From Candidatus Bathyarchaeota archaeon (GTDB lineage Archaea; Thermoproteota; Bathyarchaeia; Bathyarchaeales; Bathycorpusculaceae): a DNA stretch of 64,000 nt. Numbering within the stretch: position 1 is the stretch's first letter; the number at the start of each line of letters is the position of its first letter. The stretch is from assembly GCA_963826715.1 (NCBI GenBank), contig CAWGYA010000002.1, forward strand, positions 384,001 to 448,000, given 5' to 3'. Positions 10,101 to 19,246 of the stretch are shown here, one piece after another. Under the pieces are notes generated by a model. The model saw nothing but the letters and a program-made list of their open reading frames with translations. It made no database searches and had not been told where the DNA came from. The translations under genes were made by a program, and so were the position numbers.

Positions 10101-11022
10101 TTAGGCGCTGACTAAGGGTTTTGAGTGCTCTTCCGCTCCGATGACGTGCTGGGGGAATCCCTGAGGCCTCGTTATTGAAGTAAGTTGTAACGTGATATTG
10201 CAATAGCTCTGAGAGGTCTTGTATAATGAGAGTGGGTGCTCCTGCCTCCATGTTTTCTTTGAGACGCTGGTTGATACGAATTATGTCCACGAGTTTGTGG
10301 GTTAAGTCATCTTCACTTCGGATACCTGATTCAAGAGTGATTGAAGGACGCACATAAACGGGCGGCACAGGTAAAACCTGCAGAACCATCCATTCGGGGC
10401 GCGCGACCTTTGGGTTGAAACCCAATACTTCTAAATCTTCATCCGAGACGCGTTCGAGACGTTCACGTATCATACTGGGTGTAAGAGGTTCGCTTCCTGC
10501 TTCTGTCTGCTCAATAAATTTGGTTGGTTTCTCAAATGTGATTTTGAATTGTGGCGCAGCACAGTAGGGGCATTGTTTGGCTTTAATGTCAGTCATTATT
10601 TCTTTATAAACTTCGTCGGGTATGGTACCTAAAAGTTCATTATATCGTTCTATGCGTTGTCGAGCTTTTTTAGATGCATCCTCGCTTAGCAGAATACGCC
10701 CGCAAGTGCGGCAGGTAGATTTGAGGAGGTCGAAAATGATTTTTGTAAATTCTATGTGTACAATTGGCACAGCAAGTTCGATGTGACCAAAGTGACCGGG
10801 GCAGCGAATGGCGGTGTTACCACATGTTTTACATCTTTGGCGCGGTTCTAAGGTACCTAGTCTGCCGTCCATTAAACCTGCGGTAATTGGTGCACCATCC
10901 TCATCGTATGTGTCTGGTGTTTGAACTTCTACGACGGATTGTTTTCTGAGGTCTTTAGGTGAGATTAGTCCGAACGAGATTTCATCTACAACTTTATGAA
11001 TTAATTCTTCCTGTTGTGCCAT
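7186..11022 (-). CDS. rpoA1: DNA-directed RNA polymerase largest subunit, A' and A'' fused
   Basis: Catalytic NADFDGD, CPGHFGH Zn site, and the A'' motif AAQSIGEPGTQMT in the same 1278-aa ORF. Confidence 0.97.
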   Translation of the reverse strand: MAQQEELIHKVVDEISFGLISPKDLRKQSVVEVQTPDTYDEDGAPITAGLMDGRLGTLEPRQRCKTCGNTAIRCPGHFGHIELAVPIVHIEFTKIIFDLLKSTCRTCGRILLSEDASKKARQRIERYNELLGTIPDEVYKEIMTDIKAKQCPYCAAPQFKITFEKPTKFIEQTEAGSEPLTPSMIRERLERVSDEDLEVLGFNPKVARPEWMVLQVLPVPPVYVRPSITLESGIRSEDDLTHKLVDIIRINQRLKENMEAGAPTLIIQDLSELLQYHVTTYFNNEASGIPPARHRSGRALKTLSQRLKGKEGRFRSNLSGKRVDFSARTVISPDPNLDINEVGVPRDIAMRLSVPEKITAWNLEEMKKLVINGPETYPGALYIIRPDGKRIRLEFVVDRTKIAEAVELGFIVERHLKNGDIAIFNRQPSLHRMSIMAHYVRVLPYKTFRLHLCVCPPYNADFDGDEMNLHVPQSEEARTESLLLMQVQDQILSPRFGGPIIGAIRDFITGAYYFTRTGSYLPRGQVDRLLTSTNYTGDLPEPEIKEPQPMWSGKQIFSLFLPKTLNYVLKANICQGCNKCEEEECKHDAYVVVKNGQLVSGIIDRRSIGSEQSESLLHRIIKDYGTQAGRQFLNNITHLLKLYISMRGFSYTYEQLVLSPRARNRMAKTMERIQKKIDEHIENYRNGTLPRLPGQTLEESFEIYVMHELAVARDESGKIADDDFTLENAGIVMTRTGARGSSLNIGQMAACVGQQSVRGKRILRGYANRALPHFTPNDPRPRARGFVYNSYQTGLDAIEFFFHAMGGREGLVDTAVRTQQSGYMQRRLINALEHIRLEYDSTVRDSAGDIIQFRYGEDGVDPAKSDHGKAVNVSRLIDQVKLGEEKGEVASSEYIKKQLKSVEGQITPILLNQLKQNFAKNKLSEKGVTKAATVTAEQYKRALMEPGEAVGIVAAQSIGEPGTQMTLRTFHYAGVKEQNVTLGLPRLIEIVDARRIPSTPIMTIYLTGEHAKSKEAAVEVARHIIYTSVENLASTIYEDPVREEIIIELNQQMMDDRNISMEELKERLELQNATVTITDLTVEIKPKKAEQIKRMLTKIPGFQVKGVPDIKRVLVTEESGEWVIRTDGSNLAKVLEVEGVDTSRTTTNNIHEIAKTLGVEASRNALVNEAKGVLEDQGLDVDVRHVMLVADMMTTTGDVQQIGRHGISGKKASVLARAAFEITVPNIVEAAVKGESDPLAGVTENVIVGQSIPIGTGLVELYMSTFERQSKDGGKTEQ

Positions 11023-11023
11023 G

Positions 11024-14000
11024 TTAAGCCTTCTCCTTTAGTCTGAGTTTGGGGGTAATGCATAAGCTTTGAAGCTCTTGAAGCAGAAGCTTGAAAGCGT
11101 ATGATACGATCACTGGGGCAATCTTTGCTTTTTCATCGCATATCTTGCACACATAACGCCTTTGTTTCATATCGAAGAATGCAATTTGTCCGCAGTTCTC
11201 GCAGATGTAGAGGGTGTATTTATCGGATTCCTCCAACAACCTGTCACGTAGCAGCATTGCTGCACCGTGGCCGATTAAGCAATCTCGCTCCATTTCACCG
11301 AAACGAAGACCACCACCTCGGGCGCGACCTTCAGTTGGTTGGCGCGTAAGCATCTGTACTTGTCCACGCGCTCGAGCGTGAATCTTGTCAGCGACCATAT
11401 GGTGGAGTTTCTGGTAGTAAACTACACCTATGAAGACGTCTGCTACGAATTTCTCGCCGCTTGTTCCGTTATAGAAAACTTCACCACCAGTATGGCTGAA
11501 GCCTAATTTAATGAGACTTTTACGTATTTCGTCAGGTCCTTCGTTTGAGAAAGGTGTGCCGTCTGCTGGTTTGCCTCTGGCTGCTGCTGCTTTACCTGCG
11601 AGTGATTCTATGAATTGTCCAATGGTCATTCTTGATGGGATTGCGTGCGGGTTAATTATTAGGTCTGGTACCATACCGTCGTCTGTGAAAGGTAGGTCTT
11701 CTTGTGGAACAATTAAGCCAATAACTCCTTTCTGACCATGGCGACTTGCGAATTTGTCTCCGAGTTCAGGGATGCGTTGGTCTCGGACACGAACCTTTAC
11801 AAGTTGGCTGCCTTCGCCTGATTCTGTGACAAATATTCCGTCAACTGTACCAGTTTCGGATGGGCGCATGTCAACTGATGTGTCGCGCATACTGGGACCT
11901 TTAACTTCAAATTCTTTGTATTCTTCAAGGAATCTTGGAGGGCTGATTCTTCCGATAAGCACATCTCCACCGACTACTTGGGATTCAAGACTAATTATGC
12001 CGTCCGGTTCAAGTAGGCGATAGTATTGTTCACCGCGGTATCCACGAGTTCCTGGTTCGGGGACGGTAAACTTGTCTTTTAGGCCTCCGAGATATTGGCG
12101 ACATTCTGCTTCGTAGATACGGTAAAATGTGGAACGCGCTAAGCCTCGTTCAATTGAGGCTTTGTTGAAAATGATGGCGTCTTCCATGTTGTAGCCTTCA
12201 AAACTCAACACGGCGACTATACAGTTTTGTCCTGTGGGACGCTGCTTGTAGCCCATAACATCCATGTTTTCAGTTTGAACCAATGGAACTTGGGGGTAAT
12301 GGAGGATATGAGAGCGTGAGTCTGTTCGGTTATGGAAGTTTGTGCCGTAAACACCTAGGGCTTGTTTTGCCATAGCAGCTTGGTATGAGTTACGTGGTGA
12401 CTGATTATGTTCAGGGTATGGGATTGTTGATGCACAGATGCCAAGAATTGTATATGTTGCGATTTCTGAATGGGTAGTCTGTGGAGTTATGGCATCGTAG
12501 GACAGGGCTATATACGCGTTTTCTTCTTCTTCAGCATCGAGATATTCTACTAAACCGTTTTTGATGACATCTTCCCAGGTCCATTCGCCAAGACCTATTT
12601 TTTCGAAGTGTTTGTTCTGAAGTTTTGGAACGCCGTTTTCCACGATTATTAATGGGCGTCGAACTCTACCTTCGTCACAGTTAGCGTGGACTTCTTCGGT
12701 TTCAGTTTGATCTTTTGAAAAGTATGTTACATTAACTTCTGTTGATATTTCGCCTGTGCGCCTTTTTTGCCGGAAAGACTGCACCATGTCCTGTGGATTG
12801 CTACAGTAACCAATTATGTTTCCATCCACGAAGACCTTAGCACCTGAAATACGCAGATCAATACTAGATTCGTATGCTGGGACGGTCCCCATTTCGAAAA
12901 GCATCTGTTTGATCCTGTCAGGATTTACGCCGACCGCAATGGAGGCTGAAAGTGCGAGATTCTTGACAAGACCACAATTTGAACCTTCAGGGGTTTCGTT
13001 GGGGCATAATCTTCCCCAGTGAGTTGGGTGCAAGTCTCTGGCTTCGAAGTTTGGTTGACTTCTACTTAGTGGTGACTGAAGCCTTCGAAGGTGACTCAGT
13101 GTTGAGATGTAGTTTGTTCGGTCGAGAAGTTGGGTGATTCCAACTCTTCCTCTGCCCCAGTTACCGGTTGCCAGAGCGTGCTGAAAACGTTCGGTAATTA
13201 TTCCTGGACGCACAGCGGCGGAAACAGTAATGATTGGACCTTTAACTCCGATACGTTCGAGTTGGTATTTAATGTCGCGAGTAAGGTTGCGGAATGATAC
13301 ACGAAATAGGTCTGCTAGAAGTGGACCACCTAATCGTAGACGTTTGTTTTTAAAGTGATCTTTATCGTCTGGCTGGCGTCTGCCTGTTTTAAGTTGGATA
13401 ACTCGAGTTGCCATTTCACCTAAGAATATGGCTTTGTCTTTTCGATTTTTGTCGCTTCTGCCAAGGTGTGGTAAGAAGTTTTTGTCAAGTGCAGTTTCTG
13501 CTTTTTGAAGCCTGTATTCTTCGACTTGCCCGTGGGCTACTCGGTTGCCTATAAAGAGGATAGCGTCTTGTGGTGTGTCTACACCGATAGCTTTTTCGAA
13601 TGAGGCTGCGAGTTGGCTTTGGGTGTCTGGGTCAAGCGATACTGCTTCGGCAATGTCTTTGTCTTTTTCGAGTGTTAGTGCACGCATTATTACGACAAAT
13701 GGGATTTCAGTTGGCACTCCAGGCATGGTAACATAGATTGCGTCATCTGATTTCAGCTTAAGCTCGATTCGGGCTCTAAAACCGACAGTGGTTGAAAAGA
13801 TTTTAGCCTGATAGACAGGAGAAGTACCTTTCTCATCGATGTCAACAATAACACGGTTTGGTGCAAGGTCTTCCATTGCAACTATGACACGCTCGCTCCC
13901 GTTGACAACAAAATATCCTCCAGCATCATCTGGGTCTTCGCCTGCAGAGATGAGTTCTTCGCGGCTAAGTTGGCTAAGGAAACAGAGTTTACTCTTGAGC

Positions 14001-14398
14001 ATAACTGGAATATTTCCGATATATACAAGTTCGGTATCTTGTTCTCGGCCATCAATTACAGGAGTCATTTCCAATGCGATAGGAGCAGAATATGCCAAGT
14101 TTCTAAGTCTCGCTTCCATTGGGTAAATTTCATGCTTTGTTCCGTCAACTTCGGTCGCGTAGGGTCCTGTAATGCGACTTTGCGGGTCAATGACCCAGAT
14201 TTGTCCGAGCTTGACTTTATAGGGGTTTTCGGGAACCTCTATTGGAATTTCAGCTACTTCATCCACTACTTCTTGGAGTCCATGGTCGATGAATTCATTA
14301 TAGCTATCCAGGTGCTGGCGAACAAGTCCTTTTTCGTTAAAGAATGTTTTGAGGAGGTAATGAACGTCTTCTTTTTGGATTTTTTGTATAGTTGTCAA
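11024..14398 (-). CDS. rpoB: DNA-directed RNA polymerase subunit B (unsplit)
   Basis: GYFVVNGSERV, GDKFASRHGQKG, GGLRFGEMERD, C-terminal Zn ribbon; TTG start. Confidence 0.97.
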   Translation of the reverse strand: MTTIQKIQKEDVHYLLKTFFNEKGLVRQHLDSYNEFIDHGLQEVVDEVAEIPIEVPENPYKVKLGQIWVIDPQSRITGPYATEVDGTKHEIYPMEARLRNLAYSAPIALEMTPVIDGREQDTELVYIGNIPVMLKSKLCFLSQLSREELISAGEDPDDAGGYFVVNGSERVIVAMEDLAPNRVIVDIDEKGTSPVYQAKIFSTTVGFRARIELKLKSDDAIYVTMPGVPTEIPFVVIMRALTLEKDKDIAEAVSLDPDTQSQLAASFEKAIGVDTPQDAILFIGNRVAHGQVEEYRLQKAETALDKNFLPHLGRSDKNRKDKAIFLGEMATRVIQLKTGRRQPDDKDHFKNKRLRLGGPLLADLFRVSFRNLTRDIKYQLERIGVKGPIITVSAAVRPGIITERFQHALATGNWGRGRVGITQLLDRTNYISTLSHLRRLQSPLSRSQPNFEARDLHPTHWGRLCPNETPEGSNCGLVKNLALSASIAVGVNPDRIKQMLFEMGTVPAYESSIDLRISGAKVFVDGNIIGYCSNPQDMVQSFRQKRRTGEISTEVNVTYFSKDQTETEEVHANCDEGRVRRPLIIVENGVPKLQNKHFEKIGLGEWTWEDVIKNGLVEYLDAEEEENAYIALSYDAITPQTTHSEIATYTILGICASTIPYPEHNQSPRNSYQAAMAKQALGVYGTNFHNRTDSRSHILHYPQVPLVQTENMDVMGYKQRPTGQNCIVAVLSFEGYNMEDAIIFNKASIERGLARSTFYRIYEAECRQYLGGLKDKFTVPEPGTRGYRGEQYYRLLEPDGIISLESQVVGGDVLIGRISPPRFLEEYKEFEVKGPSMRDTSVDMRPSETGTVDGIFVTESGEGSQLVKVRVRDQRIPELGDKFASRHGQKGVIGLIVPQEDLPFTDDGMVPDLIINPHAIPSRMTIGQFIESLAGKAAAARGKPADGTPFSNEGPDEIRKSLIKLGFSHTGGEVFYNGTSGEKFVADVFIGVVYYQKLHHMVADKIHARARGQVQMLTRQPTEGRARGGGLRFGEMERDCLIGHGAAMLLRDRLLEESDKYTLYICENCGQIAFFDMKQRRYVCKICDEKAKIAPVIVSYAFKLLLQELQSLCITPKLRLKEKA

Positions 14399-14949
14399 TT
14401 TTTCAGTTCTCCAATAAATTTAAAATAAGTTGATAATGATGACTGTGATTTGTGGTTTGGCATGTTTTTTTCAACCCATCAGTTCCCCCAATGCTGGAAA
14501 CATCCAACGCGAAAAAGGGTTCACTAAAGTTTTCTAAGAGCACAATCAGATGCTGCATAGCTAACTAATAAACATTTTTATAGATATTGCGGGAGAAGTT
14601 AAGTGCTTCTAAACTTTCATTGAGTTTTCTGTTGATAAAAGTTTCTGAGTTCACCCTCCAGGAAGAAAAACCTAAAAAAGCTTTCCAGAACAAATAAAAA
14701 TGAAAACGAGTGAAAATAATCTTTTTGCATAAAAACGGTCCTCATTCAACCTTTTAATTATTTTTTTGCAGACATCAACACATAGATTTTTGGCTTCTTG
14801 CAGAAAGCAAAAGGTTAGCCTTGGACCGGTTTGAACTTCCAGAATATTTTCATCCAATGATTTTATAAACTTTAATTCTACAAAAAGAACGATCACAAGA
14901 TTCGTCACTAATTTGCTTATTTCAATAAAACGCCAAGACAAAGAATCAG

Positions 14950-15336
14950 TTAGTATCTAACAATTCTATAGCGGTTTCTGCCCAACTGGCGTTTCCTCTT
15001 CAGCTGCGCCTCGGTAACCTTAGAATTACCCTTTTTAACTTCAAATACCGTCGGATCCCCATCTTTTTGACCAAAGAAATCTCTTTTCTGCACAATAAAG
15101 TCTCCGCCTTTACGGATTTTTGTACAGTCATTCCCAGCCATTGCCTGGTCGAAAGCAAATCGGTCCTTTGCGATACTGCCTTTTTGGCGTTTGGCTTGGG
15201 GAAAGCGGCGTGATGTGTTACCGAATCCGTATGGTTTATCTAAGGAATCCTTTGCACCCAAAAGGTTACAGCTCTTTTTGTTAAAAATAGGTAGGGGAAA
15301 TATTAACAATTTGTTTAGATAGATGATTTTTACCAT
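14950..15336 (-). CDS. Small PD-(D/E)xK nuclease-like protein (start uncertain)
   Basis: GGDFIV...VFEVKKG..VTEAQ matches the D...ExK...Q pattern. Confidence 0.5.
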   Translation of the reverse strand: MVKIIYLNKLLIFPLPIFNKKSCNLLGAKDSLDKPYGFGNTSRRFPQAKRQKGSIAKDRFAFDQAMAGNDCTKIRKGGDFIVQKRDFFGQKDGDPTVFEVKKGNSKVTEAQLKRKRQLGRNRYRIVRY

Positions 15337-15582
15337 AGTTTTTAGGTCTAACTGAAAAAAAGCGACAATTTTTGATTATTTCGAAAAAACCTAAAAATGG
15401 GTTTTTCAAGAAGTGTCTAAAAAGGTAAAATCATTGGTGACTTTTCGGAGTCATTAGTTGCCGATGTTTCGCGGCTTCTATAATATCAACATTTTCTTAG
15501 TAACACTGTGTAGTCTTAAATAATAAAAGACTCATGAAAATAATTATTAATCCTGTGCAAACAGGGTTTAGAAGTTATCGTT

Positions 15583-16470
15583 TTAGTGTTCTGTTATTGT
15601 AACCGCGGTGTCTATGGTTTGGGTACATTCTGCTATCTTTTTGTTGATTGTAGATATCAAGTTTTTGTCAACCTCATAACCGACACTATTGCGCCCTGTT
15701 TCTATTGCAACCTTCATTGTGGTTCCTGAACCCAAAAAAGGGTCTAAAACTGTTTCACCCTTAACACTGAACATACGAATCAGTCTCGTTGCCACCTCAT
15801 CGGGATAGGCTGCTGTGCGTCGCTCAAGCTCGGAGACTATTTGGCGTGTACCCTTAAAATCCCAAATCTGGCTAAACCATTCATCTCGCTGGGGTTTTGT
15901 GAATTTGCTCTCATAGCGAACCTTATGATGAGGTGGAAACTTACGCAAATTTCCCTTCCGAAACAGCAGAACAAACTCACAGTCTAAGGTGACATATGCG
16001 TTGGGCGGCAGGAATCCTGAACCTAGAAAAGCGCCTTTGCCTTTGTAGGTGGGTTTAGTGGTGGGTTTCTTCCAGAGAATATATGGCAACGTGGTATAGC
16101 CGATTTCTTCGCAAACTTCAATGACACGACTGTGGTTGGGAAAAAGCTGGAATTTTCCGTTTATGTTGCGGGTAGCATCGCCAATATTTATGGCTGCTAT
16201 GCCGCCTTTGTCTAGAACACGATATGTCTCCATCCAAACTTTTGTGAGGCAGTCGTGCATTGAATCATAGATTTGCCGTACCGTTTCCTCGTTATCTTTT
16301 GCACCCAGTTTTTCCCAGAGGGAAGCAATTTTTTGGTCTTCGCAAAAGAGCTTGTCCCACATTGCAATCATAGGGTAAGGCGGAGAAGTCACCATTAAAT
16401 GGATACTTTCGTCGCCAAGTTCGCTCATCTGCTGGCTGTTGCCGAGGATAATGCGGTGCTGAGTAGTCAT
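15583..16470 (-). CDS. Beta-class N4-C/N6-A DNA methyltransferase
   Basis: Motif IV TSPPY N-terminal and motif I DPFLGSGTT C-terminal. Confidence 0.9.
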   Translation of the reverse strand: MTTQHRIILGNSQQMSELGDESIHLMVTSPPYPMIAMWDKLFCEDQKIASLWEKLGAKDNEETVRQIYDSMHDCLTKVWMETYRVLDKGGIAAINIGDATRNINGKFQLFPNHSRVIEVCEEIGYTTLPYILWKKPTTKPTYKGKGAFLGSGFLPPNAYVTLDCEFVLLFRKGNLRKFPPHHKVRYESKFTKPQRDEWFSQIWDFKGTRQIVSELERRTAAYPDEVATRLIRMFSVKGETVLDPFLGSGTTMKVAIETGRNSVGYEVDKNLISTINKKIAECTQTIDTAVTITEH

Positions 16471-16565
16471 GGTGCCTTTACTATCTTTGAATACTGTTTT
16501 TACTTTTGCGGTGTCGACAAATGATTAATAAGCCAGAACCCAACCATTCTGGTACTGAAACTATC

Positions 16566-16689
16566 GCTACGGTAACCAAGCCAGGTCAAAGGTGAAGGAC
16601 TCAAGATCTCGACGCTTTGACTCAAAGGCGCCTGATGGGAAATCCTTTCCCGCAGGGGTTCGCAGGTTCGAATCCTGCCCGTAGCACCA
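16566..16689 (+). tRNA. tRNA-Leu(CAA) with a 36-nt intron at position 37/38 (16606-16641) and encoded CCA
   Basis: Acceptor GCTACGG/CCGTAGC, anticodon stem AAGGA/TCCTT, CAA at 16602-16604, long variable arm, GTTCGAATC T-loop; bulge-helix-bulge formed by CTCA/TGGG with AGA and AAA bulges. Confidence 0.93.
16671..16689 (+). repeat. attL core, AATCCTGCCCGTAGCACCA (tRNA 3' end)
   Basis: Identical 19-mer at 32845-32863. Confidence 0.9.
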
Positions 16690-16705
16690 TTCCAGATAAG
16701 CATTT

Positions 16706-18130
16706 TTACGTCTCCGCGGCTTTGCGAAGTATATCCCTAAGCTGCACCGTGAGAACCGATAACTGATGATTCTCAATATCTCCAACTGCTGATATGTTAC
16801 CCGTACAAAGAGCTTCTCTGGACAGCAGCTGCTCAGGGTTTTCGCCTAGCGCCCGTATCATTTCTTTGATGGTATCAAGTTTGCTAATCTGAGTTTTCTT
16901 TCGTATTGCCAATCCTGCAGCGGCATATATAGATCGCATTCTGTCAATGCCTAAGCTCTGAATATCGTGGTAAGTATCAACTGTGTGACCCATAAAGTAG
17001 TCAACGTAATCGGGTTGCACGCCTAATGCAAGCATTTGGGTTTTGAAAAATTTGCGAATGCTGTGAACTCTTAGGTTGTAGAGGGTTCCAGTCTTGTTAG
17101 GTTTAATGAAACCTGCCTTAACGTAAAGGTCGTGAACGGTTTTTCTTAACTGTTTTGTGCTGATGCCTTTGGGGTTTCTGTGGGTTTCATCTCGGATTAA
17201 CGGGGATTCATCGGTTATGATTTCTGGCGGTATTTTATCGGTGCCTCTGCGGCGTTGATCAAAGTACAGTTTAAGGTAGTAAGTTGCTTCAGGTCCCAGA
17301 AACGTATCGTAGTCATGGTATTTGCCCTTGGTGATCTCTGCTTCTATATGCAGATGAATTGGTGTTATGTTGTCTTCGAGGTCTTCTTTGACATGGCTAT
17401 AGGTTAGCTTGGTGAAAGTTTCTTCTCGGAAGGCGCCTAAGGCAAGGCATGAAACTATGACTTCGCCTCTCAGGTTAGTTAACTCAAGCATTTTTGCGAG
17501 TTCATCAGGCTTTGGGGCTCTATCTTTGTAGATTACGCGTCTACTAAGAGGTTCGGATAATTCTATTTTTACTCCGTTGACTCGGTAGAAGGTTTTGACT
17601 GCTTTGATGTAGTTTTCTACTGACCCAGGTTTCAATCCGTCATCTTGGAGCTGTGCTAAATAGTCGCTTAGGAACCCAGCATGATTTTGTGTACGCTGGG
17701 GGTCAGGTATGTTGCCGACTGGTTTGAGGTCAGCTATTATCAGGTCGGGTGTGTAACCCAGCCATGTCGAGTACTTGTATATGTTGACGGTGTAAACTAG
17801 GCAGCTTTTGTGTGAGGCTGAACAGTGGCGAAGCAGGTATCGGGCCATTTTTAGTAAGCTCTGGTTGTCAAAGACGAATGTCAAAAGGGTTGGGCGGTCA
17901 CTTATGAAACTCCGTATAACATAGTCAACCAACCCTTTTTCTTTAGCATCGAGAACTTTGTTAAGATTAAGATTTACTGGCTTCTGTAGTTTCCAGTCAG
18001 TTAGGCTTTTTTCAATGCGGATACCAGTATCTTCTACTTGGATTGGCAGATTGAGGCTTTTGAGATCGTCAACCGTGAGTTGTGTTTCGCGAACGATAGG
18101 CGATGCTAGTGCTAATGTGCTGTTTAGCAT
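16706..18130 (-). CDS. Tyrosine recombinase/integrase
   Basis: Catalytic set R (GAFREE), K (TKGK), HSIR, MGH and Y (DTYH); ends 17 nt from attL. Confidence 0.92.
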   Translation of the reverse strand: MLNSTLALASPIVRETQLTVDDLKSLNLPIQVEDTGIRIEKSLTDWKLQKPVNLNLNKVLDAKEKGLVDYVIRSFISDRPTLLTFVFDNQSLLKMARYLLRHCSASHKSCLVYTVNIYKYSTWLGYTPDLIIADLKPVGNIPDPQRTQNHAGFLSDYLAQLQDDGLKPGSVENYIKAVKTFYRVNGVKIELSEPLSRRVIYKDRAPKPDELAKMLELTNLRGEVIVSCLALGAFREETFTKLTYSHVKEDLEDNITPIHLHIEAEITKGKYHDYDTFLGPEATYYLKLYFDQRRRGTDKIPPEIITDESPLIRDETHRNPKGISTKQLRKTVHDLYVKAGFIKPNKTGTLYNLRVHSIRKFFKTQMLALGVQPDYVDYFMGHTVDTYHDIQSLGIDRMRSIYAAAGLAIRKKTQISKLDTIKEMIRALGENPEQLLSREALCTGNISAVGDIENHQLSVLTVQLRDILRKAAET

Positions 18131-18561
18131 TTTTCTTTCTCTCCTTTTCTTAGAGTTTTTCGCTCCGATGGTCGGAACGCGAACTCATCCTTAACTATGG
18201 GCTGAGCTGAATTTAAGACCCTATCAACACCTCCATGTGAAATCTGAGCCTCGACTTTTAGGTTTTCCAACGCAATTATGTCTGATTTTAACAAGACCAA
18301 GCCCGAAGCTTTGGGGTCGCCACCCTTTAGTGTAGGCGGCTCAGCATCTCGATCCCAAATTAAGGTAACGTAATAATCGCATTCATAAACCAACCAACCT
18401 ACAGCCTCTCTAAGCAGAGGCTTCATCGCCAAACCCGAAGTACGATTAAAGATTACATGATCAAAATAGCGAACAAAAATTAAGCCACACCACTCACCGC
18501 TGAAGCTTTGGGGATATACGGTTTTGGACCCTGCAGAATATTCTTTTTTGGCTTCATCCAT
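18124..18561 (-). CDS. Hypothetical protein (element core)
   Basis: ORF overlapping the integrase start in a tightly packed minus-strand operon. Confidence 0.6.
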   Translation of the reverse strand: MDEAKKEYSAGSKTVYPQSFSGEWCGLIFVRYFDHVIFNRTSGLAMKPLLREAVGWLVYECDYYVTLIWDRDAEPPTLKGGDPKASGLVLLKSDIIALENLKVEAQISHGGVDRVLNSAQPIVKDEFAFRPSERKTLRKGEKEKC

Positions 18562-18563
18562 AA

Positions 18564-19037
18564 TTAGCTCTCCCAGATTTTATGAGAGTCTATTCTCCAA
18601 GCTGGACTCAATTTGATGCCTTCTAGATGCTTGTTGCAGACAAAGTGTTCTTGGTCTTTAGCCTTGTAGAATGCCTTTGCAACAGCTGGCAATTTACAGT
18701 CCTGAAAGGTGCACCTTTGGGTAACTCGCTCTTTTTCTTCAACAATTTCCTCTGTATAATACCGACGGACACGCTTAACATCCCTCACCAATGTAAGGTC
18801 AATTTTGGGGCTCTGGTGTACCAGCTCAATCTTTTCTTCCACACCATACAACCAGCCAGTAAACAACCCCTCGGCAACATGACACGTACTAAGCCCCAAT
18901 TGCCTTGTCCGCTCAGTAAAAGCCTGCTTAACCTCAGGTAAAATCCTAAGCGACATAGTAGTTCTTTTGCCATGAAGACGATGGTGTACCATTGTCTTAC
19001 AATCAGAATCCGTGTCTTTAATGTCAGCAAGCATCAC
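18564..19037 (-). CDS. Putative ribbon-helix-helix protein with C-terminal Zn finger
   Basis: RTTMSLRILPEVKQAF..LGLSTCHVAE is RHH-like; CTFQDC...CNKH. Confidence 0.5.
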   Translation of the reverse strand: MMLADIKDTDSDCKTMVHHRLHGKRTTMSLRILPEVKQAFTERTRQLGLSTCHVAEGLFTGWLYGVEEKIELVHQSPKIDLTLVRDVKRVRRYYTEEIVEEKERVTQRCTFQDCKLPAVAKAFYKAKDQEHFVCNKHLEGIKLSPAWRIDSHKIWES

Positions 19038-19246
19038 GTTATCCCCGCATTTTTCTCTTGGTTAAACGCTTCATAAACTGCTATGTAGACACCTAACTCC
19101 GCCACAAATACCAAAGTCCTAACCGTAGGATTCACCGATGTATGCTCCCTTCGGCAAGCCTCCGCACGGGCAACAGCTAACAAAGAACCCACATCAACCG
19201 TACGCTCATTAGGCGTTATCACTATTGCCTTAAACATCCAGAACAC
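19034..19246 (-). CDS. Hypothetical small protein
   Basis: Overlaps both neighbours in the operon. Confidence 0.4.
   Translation of the reverse strand: MFWMFKAIVITPNERTVDVGSLLAVARAEACRREHTSVNPTVRTLVFVAELGVYIAVYEAFNQEKNAGIT

Noticed and set aside
7186-11022. Fused rpoA1/A2 as a novelty
   Set aside because: Already known in several TACK lineages; useful only as a taxonomic clue
14400-14950. Possible replication origin (AT-rich, scattered TTCCAG words) and the 89-aa ORF 14672-14941
   Set aside because: No repeated ORB consensus (TTCCAxxGGAAA with a G-string); the ORF has no recognisable features and is probably spurious
16500-16785. ORFs 16500-16703 and 16567-16785
   Set aside because: Antisense shadows of tRNA-Leu
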